Made by a program: the position numbers and the translations under genes
Shown here: positions 1-12,629 of the stretch, one piece after another
Layout: every line of letters begins with the position of its first letter
Position numbering within the stretch: position 1 is the first letter of the stretch
Origin: Vicugna vicugna
Taxonomy: Eukaryota
Assembly: GCA_013265495.1 (NCBI GenBank)
Contig: MU058584.1
Coordinates: forward strand, 2,265,599-2,329,598
Direction: 5' to 3'
Length of the DNA: 64,000 nucleotides
Notes under the pieces: model-generated
The model's database searches: none
Seen by the model: only the letters and a program-made list of their open reading frames with translations
What the model was told of the DNA's origin: nothing

Positions 1-693
1 ATCATTACCTTAGAAACAGGTGAATGTAGGGATGAATAGCGTTTTTTATTATTGTCAGTCCTGAGCAGACACAGGGAGGCACTGATCTATTTTTGTTTTC
101 TGCCTCCTTCAAATTCTGCCAAACAGTGCTTGTCAGTAAAACAAAAATGAAATGAAGTACATATTCAGATGTTTGGTTTTTAGAGATTTTCGGTAGATTT
201 GATCCTTCACATGAACCTATTTTTATTAGCGAGGCTTGCATTCTTTGACCACACCAGAAGCTGTAAAGAAGGCTGGTGTCTAGGGGTGACTGGATGGGTG
301 GATGTGTGAATGGATGGATGGATGGGAAAGAGGGACAGAGGGGATGAATCTGTCATTGTGCAAAGCAGAAATATCTGGTTCAGAAGAACCATGGACTAAG
401 CAGGCCAGTACAGAAGGTCTCCCACATCTGATGGATGGTGGGTACCATCACCTGACCGATCAAGAATCAGTATAGGAATGATGGTCTGAATGAATACAAA
501 CGTACCCAAGCCTTTTTTGTTTTACGTTTAAAGTTAAGATTTAAGCAAAAACATTCCCGATAAGAGAAAATATATATTACCTTAAAAGATACTTTAAAAA
601 TAATTAACACTGAGTTAAAGCCAGTACAGTATTTGTACTTCTCCAAAGTTTCATTTAAAAGGTGCTTTCAAACTGGGGGCTGGTGGTGGTAGC

Positions 694-696
<3 letters not shown>

Positions 697-730
<34 letters not shown>
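697..730. repeat. (GT)17 microsatellite
   Basis: Read directly from the sequence. Confidence 0.95.
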
Positions 731-731
<1 letters not shown>

Positions 732-900
732 CCTGGAATGCTCATTGCTAACTATGTGATGGGCTTTCTTACTGAAATGCATGTGTGTGTGTGTATGTCT
801 TTGTGTGCATAAGAAATATCTGAGAATACAGTATTTAGACCCCATTAGTGAGGGTACAAATGTACAGATAAACTATATCATTTATGGTGATAATATGGCT

Positions 901-930
901 ACTGTCAAAATAGCATGTTATTTTGACAGT
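901..930. repeat. 30-bp near-perfect palindrome
   Basis: ACTGTCAAAATAGCA|TGTTATTTTGACAGT; 14 of 15 symmetric positions are complementary. Confidence 0.95.
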
Positions 931-1513
931 TGCTTTATCTTTACTCTCATTGAGTCTACAATAAGAAACTAGTTTCTTAGCAACTAAAATATATTCCCAA
1001 ACAAGAGCATTAAAAAAGAAAAAAAGCCCACGAAAGAAAAAATATACGCATAGTAGATGTCTGGGCAAGCTATTCCTCTTGGTGGGAACGAAATTGATCT
1101 GAAATAGTGTGGTGTCCTCTCGCCCATCCAGCTGCCCTCGGGCAACGTCATTGTCACAGGTAGCTTTTTCTGAGCGTTCAGATGCCAAAACACGAGGTAG
1201 CTTGCATGAGGCTCAGAAAGGTCTGTTTTTCCTTTTCCTTTTCATTCTTCCTTTTAGTATCTGCCCCCCGCTTCCCCAACAGGTCCTTATCTTATATCCT
1301 AGGTCAAAAGTCCTATAAGAATTAGCATGTAAGTTCTGGAGCAGAAAGCCTGTATCCAGGTCTGTCTTCACAGGGACTTGCAGGCAGCCAGTGGCTTCCG
1401 CATCATGTCATTAGTAAGACGGTCAGGGTGGGGGTCTGGGGAAGCAGAGGAGGAAATCACCTACTTCAGGCCTATTGTGTTATGTCCATAAACCACTTTG
1501 AAATTCTCAAAAG

Positions 1514-1987
1514 TGACATTTCTCAAGTTGCCATCTGGGGATCCCCAGACTCTTTTCAGGGAACCGCAAGGAGAAAACCATTTAGATGATACTAAGAGGT
1601 TATTCGCTTTTTTCACTCCGAGTCTTCCACGAGGGTACAGTGGAGTTTTCTCAAGGCTACATGACGTGTGACGCCACCACAGACGGAGCGCAGAGACAGA
1701 TGTGAGAATCCCACTGCCTTCTATTAAGTCAGACGCTAAAAACATTTTCAAAAATGTAAAAACTCCCTCTTAACGTTTTTTATTTCAAAATTAGTATGTT
1801 TCATAAAGTACGTTATTTCTGTTAACGTGTCATAAATGAACTTATAAACATTTAAAATTTCTTTATTTCTAGTTTTTGATACAAGAAATATTGATAGATA
1901 TAATCTACACAAGCAAAAGCTCTTTGGAGTCCTCAGTATCTTTTAAGAGTTTAAGAACGTCAAACCCAAAATGTTTGAGAACGGCTG
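1514..1987 (+). mobile_element. hAT-Charlie DNA transposon relic (Charlie1/Charlie1b-like)
   Basis: Contains CAGTGGAGTTTTCTCAAGGCTACATGACGTGTGA and GATGTGAGAATCC...CTTCTATTAAG, and ends in the TIR-like TTTGAGAACGGCTG. These match the recalled Charlie1 consensus. Confidence 0.75.
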
Positions 1988-4900
1988 CCTCTGCAGACTG
2001 GCTGTCTAGACCTTTGTGAGACTCATGGGTTTGGGGACGTCACCAATACTGTTTCCTTTCAAATGCTGTGGGACGATTCCAAGGGCTTCCCCCAGAAGTG
2101 AACAAGCCAGACGAGTCCGTAATTAGTTAGTGCATCAGTTTCTCTCGCTTCAAGATTTTTTGTTGTTGGTGGTGGTGGTCCCTCTATACTTTGATATTCG
2201 GGTAGATAGGGAATGAACTCTTACAAAAGCGACCCACCTCTCCCCACAGTTTCCTTCCACTGGTACCACAGCCAACGCGTTGCTGAGAAAAATGGCCTCA
2301 GTACGTAGGTGCTGCCCTACCCAAGGCCGTGAGCCAGGTTCCCCTTCCAGAACAAGATCTGAGAAGTAAGACGTAGGGGAGAATGCAGAATGCGGAAGGA
2401 GGAGAGGGGGGAATTGGTAATTAAGCTCTATTAAATATTAATTGAAATATAAATTCAAAACCTCACCAACTCCTGACAGTTATATAATCTAATTAAGTGG
2501 TGGGGCCTGTTGCCCCCTTAGTGTCATTGGGTGTATTAAGGGAATAAAGTGATCTTCTGCTCATAAACACCATGAGGGCTTTATTAATCCCAGGCATTTG
2601 CCAATAAAGTAGATGGGAAAGTCGGCGATGATAATAATTTTATGGAACATGGAAGAACTGAAGGGGCAGTTTTGACCTGGATGGGAGCCCAGTGAATCAG
2701 CTGAGGCGCTGCACGTGTGATGGTGTGGCCTCTGTCCTGGGGGCGAGGGCGGGTGAGGTCCTCACGGGTGGCCTTTCCACGTCTACGGGAGTATTTCCTG
2801 CGCTTGGGAAATGTCTCTTGAATCCTTAAGACGAGTTTCAATTTTATAGACTCCCTTGAGAAGGGAATACTCTGTGTTCCTGTGTGTGTCTTTTGATATG
2901 AAAGTTTCAAACGGATGTAACTTGAAAGTGATTTCTTAATAGGAAGTTGATTTCTTAATAGCAAACGCAAGAACGTCTGTGTTTTGCTGTCTTTGTTAGG
3001 GTGGGCACCGTGAGTGAACGCTAAACATGACCTGAATTCTATATATAGATGAGTCGTGCTGTTATCTTTTCTAGCTTTCAAAAGTTCTCAGGGGAAAGCA
3101 AAAAAGGGCACGGATATGGTCTGTGTGTTTGTGTTTCTTTGAATTCTTTTGTGATCTTTAAAAGGGGCACAGTGTGTGGTTCTGAGATTTTTTTTTTTTT
3201 GTTTTGGAGGGAGTGCAATTCAGTTTTGAACATGAGCACTGCAAGTTAAATCGGCAACTCTTAGTCTTTATTTCCAAAAAGCCCCTAGATCACCGCTTCG
3301 GTCCTTTCTCCCTGCTGAAGCCCTGTTACGTGAGTTCTCCGTGTTCTTTTTTTGTCGGGCTTTGTTTCAGCGGTGGTTGTCCGACACTGTTTCGTAGAAT
3401 AACTTGGTACCCCCTTGTTTTCATCACTGTGGGTACATTGATCCCCAGGTTTGTGAGATGATGCTTCAGTTTTAGAAAAAGTGTTCTTTGGAATTGAGAA
3501 ATGCATTATTCTGCAGCGCCGCGTTTGCCCTCGTGTGGTTCTGGAAGCCCTGTGTGTGAGTGACACAGCCTATATCTGGTTTTGACCCCTTTGGTTCTTG
3601 GAAATGAGACTGACTTCTCCCCCGGGCCCCTGGGCTGGCGGGCTGGCTGGGCTGAGGGGGAAGCGTAATAGAATTGTGTCATGGAGTGTTCGCTTACTCC
3701 CCGTATGTTAGCAATTTTACCGTGGTCTCTTATTATTTCCTTTTCAATTTGGGCCTGAGCAGTTTCCTAAAGGAATGTGGGTAAAGGCGCTCAGTGTTGG
3801 GAGCAGGAATAAAGCACTGTGAGTGGTTACCTCACCCTGTGCAGGGGCTGGAGGAGCCTTGAAAGGCCCCTGAGTGGAGAGATTCCTGTTTAGTGCGGCC
3901 GAGACGGGGCGGGGGTCAGCACTCCTTGCCTTCGTCTGGTACATGTCAAATAAGGAAAGCGTATCTCCTTGGCCATCAGCGGGTGAGCCTGGGGCAATGT
4001 GTACCTCGGCAGCGCTGGACGGGGCAGGTGGACGTGAGGGTCTGGGTCCCACCTGCCGGTCCAGCATCCCTCGACGTGCCTGCTGGCTTGTGGACAGGAA
4101 CACGGACGTGTCTGCTCGTGGGTAAAAAACAGAGGCTGGGCGCCTTTTGAGAACTTGGCAGAGGCTTCCCTGTTCACTTCGGAGTGTTTCTTTTCTTGAA
4201 GCCCGTGCTGGATCTTGGGTCTGTGCTGCTGACGTTTTAGAACATGAGAAAGCGCCGCGGTCGGAGCCAAGTATCTGCCAGACTGTGTCGGGAGAACCTT
4301 TATCATTTCTGTCAGATACATCACAACTCGCTTGTCTTACCATACATCTTCCTAAATGTGACAGAATATTCAGCTGTTATTAATTGAATACTCTCTAATT
4401 TAACTGCTTAGCAGGAGAAAGAGTGACTGGTTTGTTTCAACACGTAAAACTGGCATCAACCTGTATGTGGGTTTCGATGCCGTTGCACGCCGGGCCCGAA
4501 AAGAGGCGAGGTGGGAAGAGAAATGGCTCCCCTCCATTTGAATGGGGTAACTAAACTCAGTTTATTGTTCTAAAACAAACAGAGGGGTGTGAGTGAGAGA
4601 GACGCACATATTAGGATAATGCAGATTGGTTCACGGGCATGTTTACTAAGTCATTCTTTTTGTGGTAGGTGGGTTGTAAGAGCGTAGGACAGCTCCTCTG
4701 GAGAAGTGCAGCTCCCCTGGGGGGCTCCAGGGCACTGCTGGGCTCTTTTATCTGAAAGCTTCCTCGAGTGAACAGGATGATTCGGCCTTTATCTTTTTAA
4801 TCCATAAAATCTAAACAGAGAGCTCTCCAAGACTATACAGTGTAACATGGAATGCGATGCTAAGAGTGAAAAGCCGTCTTGATGAGAGAAATTTAGAAGA

Positions 4901-6479
4901 TTGAAATGTAAGGTGAATTTTGAGAGACTACACCCAGCTTTCCTCTCCTTGGACCTCTGGAGGAAGGACAAAAGCTAGTCAGCTGTCACTTTCCGCAGCT
5001 GCCCTCAGAGAAACAACAGAAGATTCCAATTCATTGATCTGGGGAGAAACCAATGTGTGAACTATGCATCCAGTGAAATTTGGGTGGCCTTTAACATGCA
5101 TTTATGTAGATGTAATTGTAGTGTGTTGTTGTTTTTTTTTTAAAGAAGATATAAAAATGCACTCGGTGCCAGAATGCCTCTAGGTACACGTACAACATAT
5201 TCTTTCCTTAAATAAATGCATTCAAAGCCTGACAATAAGCAGAAGCCAGGCTTGGCTGGAACGGAACACCCACAGCATCGAGGTGACCGGAAACAAAAGA
5301 CTGTGTCCCCAACTCTGCCATCAAGGTCAGCCGAGAGTGGCTCGGCACTTTGCAGAGATGGATGAGAGCCCCAAGATCCCGGACAGGGAAGAGCGTTCCT
5401 ATAGTCCTTGGAATCGCCCATCATGGGACTATTAGCTTGAGCGTTCTGGAAAATATTATTACCCCCAGGGCGCCATGTAACTCCCTGGTTCCTGACAACC
5501 TGCCAGCGTGGCTCTCTCTGGGCTGCAGAGTTGGAGCTCCCCTGGCAGGCTGCCAGGGTTTTAAGAAGACTCTGGAGGCCCAAGGTAGCCTCCTGGTGCC
5601 AGTCAACATTCATTGTAAAACCCAAGTCAGGGGGAGAAAAAAAAAACCCTCCCCTGCTTTCCCCTCTGCACAGAGCTAGCTGGCATACAAGGCCTATCTG
5701 TGCTGGCACACTGCCCCTCATTTTAGGGGCCGGCTTTTGCTTTGGGATGGCATGGAGAAGGGGATTACTTGCACTGTGGCTTTTGATGTAAGCCATCATT
5801 GTCATATTATATGAATAGCATTGCACAGGGATGGCCGAACACAAAGACGAGCCTCCCCCCCCCAAAGACCAGCCCCCCCCCCCCCACCCTCACACACTGC
5901 CTTGCATAACCCAAGTCCTGGTCACAAAAGGACTAATGGATTTTTTTACCCTTATGGAAAATAGTGGCCTCTGTTGGAAACCTCAGTTCTTAAAAAGGCC
6001 CCTTTAATTTGGACGTTGCAAAACACGTTAAAAATTAGAAGCGTGTTTTTCTCCAGAGAGGTAATTTACACATTTTTTTTACACAGAAAGACTATACACA
6101 TATGCTCACCATCAGATTTATAATTACTTTTTCTTTGCTGTGATTTGTAAAAATGTACTTGGTTACGAGGTCTAGAGGTACCCTAAAGGTTGCATATGTA
6201 GTCCAGGGGGAAAAAAACCATCATGTACATTTTGGTCATTCAGAATAGAAGCCTATGTAGTCAAAATCTACTCACTAGAGGAAACTTGATTTGAGAATTC
6301 CTGGTAATCCTAGCTCACCAGAGTGAGTGCTTGTAAGACAAATGGAAGGTGGTAATATATTTAGCACATACTCTGCATTTCTGTATACTTCCGTATAAAT
6401 AGATGCATTTAGGCTCATCATGATGTGACCCTATGTGCACAGAGAGAAGGGCTGGAGACTGGGACCCGGAGAATTCCTC

Positions 6480-6563
6480 ATGTGATCACATAGCAAAAAA
6501 TCATAATTCAAATAGTTGTCGATGTGATCACATAGCAAAAAATCATAATTCAAATAGTTGTCG
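6480..6563. repeat. Perfect 42-bp tandem duplication (2 copies)
   Basis: ATGTGATCACATAGCAAAAAATCATAATTCAAATAGTTGTCG at 6480-6521 and 6522-6563. Confidence 0.97.
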
Positions 6564-8544
6564 ACGATAAAGTCTAGATGAGGAGAAACATTCTATATTT
6601 ATGTAGCAACTTGCTGAAGAACTCGGCACTCTTAGCTCAGTGATGCTTTGGGAGTTGTAAGGGAGGGAGTTTGGGGCCTGAGGAGCAGAGGTGGTTAGTT
6701 TAGCCGTATTTCTGAAACTGACTTATCAGGGTGGGGTTTTTTGTTTGTTTTTCTGTTTTTGTTTTTGTCAAGAGAAACAACAGGCAACGTAGCAATGAAC
6801 AAGACGGAGGACATCTTCTCCTCACCCTCGCTGGAACCCAGATTCCTGCAGGGGAGACGTATGTAAACTGTGTTGGGGTTCAAGGGCATCACCTGGGGAA
6901 GTGCAGTGGTATTTTTGATGGGCTGGCCATGACTTTGAAGGTTTGATTTCAGAGTACAAATGGGAAAAAGTCATGAAATATTGGGGGTTTTTTATTATTA
7001 TTACTAACATGACACCTGGAAAGTCTTTTTTTTTTCCTGTAGTTTATATTAGAGTTTACGGTTGCTTTTGTACCTTCTATACACACATGGAAAGTTCTAA
7101 ATGAGTCACTGAAACCTAATAATAATTGGTCCAATATTAGAATCTTAACTCTTCAACGCAAGAGAATTCATATTTTCTATTCTTGTCTGAAATCTGACCA
7201 AATAGGGAAGACAGAAGTGCTGACTGAAAGAATGTAAGTAGTGACCCCAAAGAAATGTTTTAATTTTCAGACTATTGAAAGAGGTTTGAGGACTTCAGAG
7301 GGGTTACCTCATCCACTCTTTTAATCACATAAATTATATTATGCATTTGACATATCTAGCCAGTGAAGTCGGTGGGTTCCACCTGCAGTCAACTGGGTCC
7401 TGTCGGAGAATGAAGACAAGTTTTAAAAGCTGTTTTTCCAAGGTGGTTTCAGCCCTTTAAAAAAAAAAAAGTCTTAATCACGCTGTTGCCATTTGGTAGC
7501 CCAGCAAGCTGTTATTCAGATGGAACGACACACAGCACACTAGGTTGTGTTGACCCAGGAAAACTCCCCGAGGTCTGCTAACCATCAGGCCCATTCCGAC
7601 CAGAACCCGAGGCCCTGGTTGGCATCTTTGGTGGGCTGGTCAGAGTGAGCCCCTGGGGTCTTGCGCTTCAGTGGTTTTCGCTACAACGCTTTTAGTTTTA
7701 TCATCCACAGTGGTATTTCATGGCTTTTGAAGTGATTATACCTTGGGGGTCACGCTCGACTGTGTTGTCGGTTGGGCAGCAGATCTACGCAGAACCATCT
7801 CGTTGGCCACTTGAACCCTCCCCTATGACCCCCTCATGTTTACCCAGCACTTTGTTTCCCAGTGATTTCCCCTCTTTGATCCTACAACTTGCCCAGCCCA
7901 CCCGCCGCCACCCCGAAAACCTGCATTATTACCCCCCCTTCCAGAATCCCAGGTTTGCTGGTAGAGCTTTGTGATCACGAAACACTGGTGGGTGTTTTTA
8001 CCACTTCAGTGGTTGTTTCAGACAACCACCGTTTTCTTGTTCATTACTGCTTAACTGTATCATTGCAGGGCATCGTTGGCTTATGGCTAATAAAACTCCC
8101 CCTGAGTGACTGCAGCCTGGCTTGGTGGGAAGTGACATTGTGAGCCGCGGGCAGACTCTGAAGTGGCAGGTTTTAGATGTTCCCTGATGCCAGGGATGGA
8201 TCTCGGCTTCACGGAGTGGAGGGCAGAGGAAAAGCGGATGACAGGAGGGTCCCTGCCAGAAGCCTGGGAGAAAGACTTCCAGAGCCCGTGGTTGAGTAGA
8301 AAGCTCACTGCCTCCTGACTCTGTCACCGTCAGAATGCACGCTGCAGCCCTTCCCTTCCTCCCCAACAACCAGCCAAGTGCAAGACAAGAGTGCAAACTC
8401 CGATACAAAATTAGACTTCGCCGCCTCCAAGTGTGCTAGTTAGATGACTTTTTTTTTCTTTTTCTCACTCTTGATGCCAAACAGCCAAGGCGCTTCAAAC
8501 TAAAATCTGTTTCTTTTTCCTTTTAGTTTAGTCAATTCCACATA

Positions 8545-8640
8545 CGTGTCTTGAGTGCCTGGTGTGCTCACCTAGCTCAGAGCCTGGCACATGGAAGGTC
8601 CTCACAAAATACTTGCTGAAATTATTAAATGAATGAGTGC
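8545..8640 (+). mobile_element. LINE-2 3' end fragment
   Basis: AGCCTGGCACATGGAAGGTCCTCACAAAATACTTGCTGAA...GAATGAATGA-like tail. Confidence 0.55.
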
Positions 8641-8883
8641 CAGGCCTGGCAGGGGTGATAGGGAAATGGAAGGGAAAATTAAGTTGAGAAGCACGCAAAG
8701 CACAGCTCTGTGCACCAGGAGTCGGGATCCTGGTTACCCGTGGAGACAGTGGCTGTTAGGGGGCTGACCAGGACTTTGGGATGTGCTAATAATGTTTTCT
8801 CTCTTGATCGTGGTTCTCAAGGCTGGGCTGCACATGCTTTGCAAAAATTCATCCAACCCAGCGGCTATGATTTGTGTCTTTTT

Positions 8884-9524
8884 ATTGAATGCATTCTACA
8901 CTGCAATAAAAAATGTTTTTAAGGATTGTCCTCCAGTAACTTAAGATCTAATCACACAGTAGGGGTGGAAGGTGGAGGTGGAAAGCGATACAGAGGCAAC
9001 AAATTATAACATTGTTTGGCTGAACCCAAATTCCAGGGAGTGCTGTGAGAGCAGTGATGCCCGGAGCAGTTCATTCCTGTTCAAGCTCTGCCTTCTGTGC
9101 TTGACCCAGGTTTCTGGGGGTGGGTCACCTCTTGGGCGGGAGCTCCCAAGTCCCAGGCACAAGGAATTCCAAACTCCAGACCCCGTCGATGACGCAGAAC
9201 CCTGATTGAATGCATTCTACACTGCAATAAAAAAATGTTTTTAAGGATTGTCCTCCAGTAACTTAAGATCTAATCACAGTAGGGGTGGAAGGTGGAGGTG
9301 GAAAGCAATACAGAGGCAACAAATTATAACATTGTTTGGCTGAACCCAAATTCCAGGGAGTGCTGTGAGAGCAGTGATGCCCGGAGCAGTTCATTCCTGT
9401 TCAAGCTCTGCCTTCTGTGCTTGACCCAGGTTTCTGGGGGTGGGTCACCTCTTGGGCGGGAGCTCCCAAGTCCCAGGCACAAGGAATTCCAAACTCCAGA
9501 CCCCGTCGATGACGCAGAACCCTG
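8884..9524. repeat. Near-identical ~321-bp tandem duplication (2 copies)
   Basis: Copy 1 is 8884-9204 (321 bp) and copy 2 is 9205-9524 (320 bp). I see three differences: A6 vs A7, a CA indel and CG vs CA. Confidence 0.97.
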
Positions 9525-10435
9525 GGTGGCTGGTTCAGCTCTGTTGGCTGGCTCCCATTTATGATTTTTTTTTTCTTTTTTAAAGAAAGAAACATAAGGA
9601 AAACATTTGCTTTGACATTGAATCCGCCCCCACATGCAACAGTAATTGCGGGGCCTGAGGGGAAAAAAAAAAGTATCGTTCCAATTTGGGGCCAACCAGC
9701 CTTGACAATACTGTGTTAAACCTTTTAAAGAGATGAAGGTGGGCTGCAGCAAGGCACCGCTTGTGCAGGTGGACCATGGCGGACACAGAGAACCGTAGCC
9801 GGGAGAAACTTCCAGAACCAGGAGATGGAAGGGTGCTGGCACTAACTTTCTGATACACTCTTCAGGCAAGACTAATGACTCCCTCCCTGGCCCTTGAAAT
9901 GGCTTGTGCTCCTGAGACCCCCAGCGGGTGTTGGCTGTGAGCTAGTCAGATGCCCGGTTCACATGGTAAGATACGACCACTGACCTCCACTTGGAGCCTG
10001 AATGGCTCCCCCTGAAAATGACAGCTGTGAAAGCACTGTAGGAACACGGGCCTCTGCAAAGTCCCCAGGCACACCCGCCTTTTCCTCCAGTCTCTGTGCG
10101 TCTGTAAAAAGTTCAAGTACTGAGTCAAGTTTATTGTTTCTATCTCGTTTATTTTAAGTATAGTTTTACACTTTATTATGTGCAGTGACATCTTAAATGG
10201 AGCCTGTCACTCCATCTTGACTACTGCTAGGGGCTAGAGCCACTTACCATGTCACACAATTCAGCAGCCCTGATTAACGGTATCTGAATGAGCAGCTCCA
10301 GCTCTCAACCCACCCCCACCCCCCCAAAATAATGCCCCTATTTATATGAAGCAGAATACTGGAACAACAGTGTCTTATATCTGCAGTGAGAGGGATTCTA
10401 AACTGATGAAGTTTGGGCTAGCATTTTCTTTCCCT

Positions 10436-10576
10436 CTTTTTCTTCCTTCCTTCCCTCCTTCCCTCCCTCCCTTCCTCCTCCTTCGGTTTGTCTGAGAATA
10501 AGAAATAGATTAAAAGTTCCTTTTTTATTTTCCGGGGCGTGCTTTGGTATATAGTCTCTCTCTCTCTCTCTCTCTC
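10436..10576. repeat. Polypyrimidine (TTCC/CCCT)n tract plus (TC)11 microsatellite
   Basis: Read directly: 10436-10484 is pyrimidine-only and 10555-10576 is (TC)11. Confidence 0.85.
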
Positions 10577-12629
10577 TTTGAGAGTAACATTTTGTGAGGT
10601 TGGTTCATGCCCCCCTCCACCGCAAACAACAACGTCAAACAAAATGCAAGCTCCCCACAACTTGCTTTTTCTCCCTCGCCCCTCCCCAGTTACAAGTCAG
10701 TTTTTGTAGCCCTGTCATTATGCGAGGTAGCCTAGAGTAATTTGAATATTTCATTCTCCAGGCTGCGAATGCAGCATGCGTTACAGATGGTACTCGCTTC
10801 ATCCTTCTGGACCCGGTTCAATTATAAATGAAAGTAGGGAGCTGAGATTTGTCTTTTTGTCTCTGCTTAGTTGGAATAACACAATAAAGCTTGATGGGTA
10901 GGAATTTCTCAAACTGCCTCTTTTTCGCCTCGGCCGTTTCCCAATTAGATCCCTCCGCGGAGTAACGTTGGTTGTACCCACTTTGGAAGCCAGATGCTTC
11001 GTTCTTGGGGGGATATTTTCTTCCCCTTCACTTGGAAGAAGGCGGTTTTCTAAAAGTACAAGTGGCCCCTGCCCCAACCTCTGCCTTTTTCCTTTTAGTT
11101 ACGATTTCTCGTCAGTTCCTTGGCTATGAACACTCCATGATTTATTCAAGAACCTTGAGTAAAACCACTTCCTTTCTCTGTGTCCTTAAAAGGTCTGTCC
11201 CCTCACATGGTACTGCTTAGGGACACACTGGTGGTCAGGGACAAGGATTTGACTTCGTTATAAAACCTGTATACCCAGCTTACTAACTCGGCGTTTAAAA
11301 ATAGAACACACGTGTGTAGTAAATTATGCAAATTTAGGAGTGCGATCTTAGATGCACATTTTTATTAGATCCTAGCAGTATTTTAAGTGTGTGTGTGCAC
11401 GCGCATGGGGAAAGAGATGGGTTTGGTGTGTTTCTGGAAGTCTGAAAAATAAACATTGCATATAGTCTCTCACTGGGGCATTATTTTTGTGAACACTTTT
11501 GGTAAATAGTAAAGCATTTGGTAAATGGTGAAGCTGTTTGCTTGAGGCTCTGTCTATTTGAGATCCATATAAGGGTTTTTTCTCCTTCAACCCCAAATTC
11601 ATGCAGTATTATAGATAAACTTAGAGGAATGACTGGTTCAAATATCTATCGTAATTTGAAGGAAGAGGGGGAAAACTCTGACCCTGTTTCTCGTGGATTG
11701 ATTGATTGATTGAAATTTCATTAGATTATTGTAGCTGCTCCATGCAGATCAGTTTTTTTCAAGATTTCACTTTGTTCCCTCACCTGCTGTTGGAAAGCAG
11801 CTTTGTGTGACGGTCCTTACTGTTTCTGCCTCACTCTGATGTTCTACCCATGTGGAGTTAACACAGGGATATCAATTTGTAGTATCTCCTAACCACCTAC
11901 ATTCCTATAAGCTTAAGTCATTAAGATGAAGGATAAGGTGGCCTACAGATAAACTGCCAGTTTGAAAGAGAAGGCATTAGGATGTTAGGTTAAGAGTCGC
12001 CTTGGGGGCCCTGCAGAAGCAGCCTGATTTGGGGAACTCTGTTCTTTTCTCCTGCAAGTTGCAACACTTCTCAGCATTGTTCTTCTTTCTCCTATTCGGT
12101 TAAGTGGGATCCAGCCTAACTCTAGAGATAACAGGGGAAATTAACTCAAAACAGGAGGCTAAGTTTTTCAGATTTATGACATCAAAAAATTAAGTGCTTC
12201 ATTTTCATATTTGTTTATGATACCACACCTTTTGGAGGTGATCTTACGGTTGAAGACCTGGTTCTGAAGGGGGCTGTACATAGATTCCTCTCTGTGTCTC
12301 AATCCACCTTGATTCCTGGCTTGGCTTCTGTTACCCAAATGGTATTAGGTGAGCAAGAGGTAAAAACTTAGGATCTAAATGAAGTGAGAAATGCTGTTCT
12401 TCTTTGATTTTCAGGTAGCTACAATAACTTCTTGGCAGCTAATTTTCTAGGAACACAACAATTAGAAATGTTTAATAGCCTATGGTCACTTTCATACAAC
12501 TAATTATCTTGGACTCACTTTCTGTTAATAAAAAACCTTGCCAGAAAAATGGAATTGGAATTCATATTTTTAGCTAGTTTTGTTAATCTTGACCTACTTT
12601 TCTCTGGAAATTTGAAATAAACTGGAAAA

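Noticed and set aside
5140..5865. Longest ORF in the track (241 aa, - strand)
   Set aside because: It has a non-ATG start at a homopolymer run and no domain similarity or splice support. Its length is compatible with chance.
6480..9524. Direct repeats as a CRISPR-like array
   Set aside because: There are only two adjacent copies of each unit, no spacers, and the context is a mammalian intron.
8972..9564. Two near-identical ORFs (MEVES...) suggesting a tandem gene pair
   Set aside because: They are a by-product of the 321-bp DNA duplication, with GTG starts and no coding signature.
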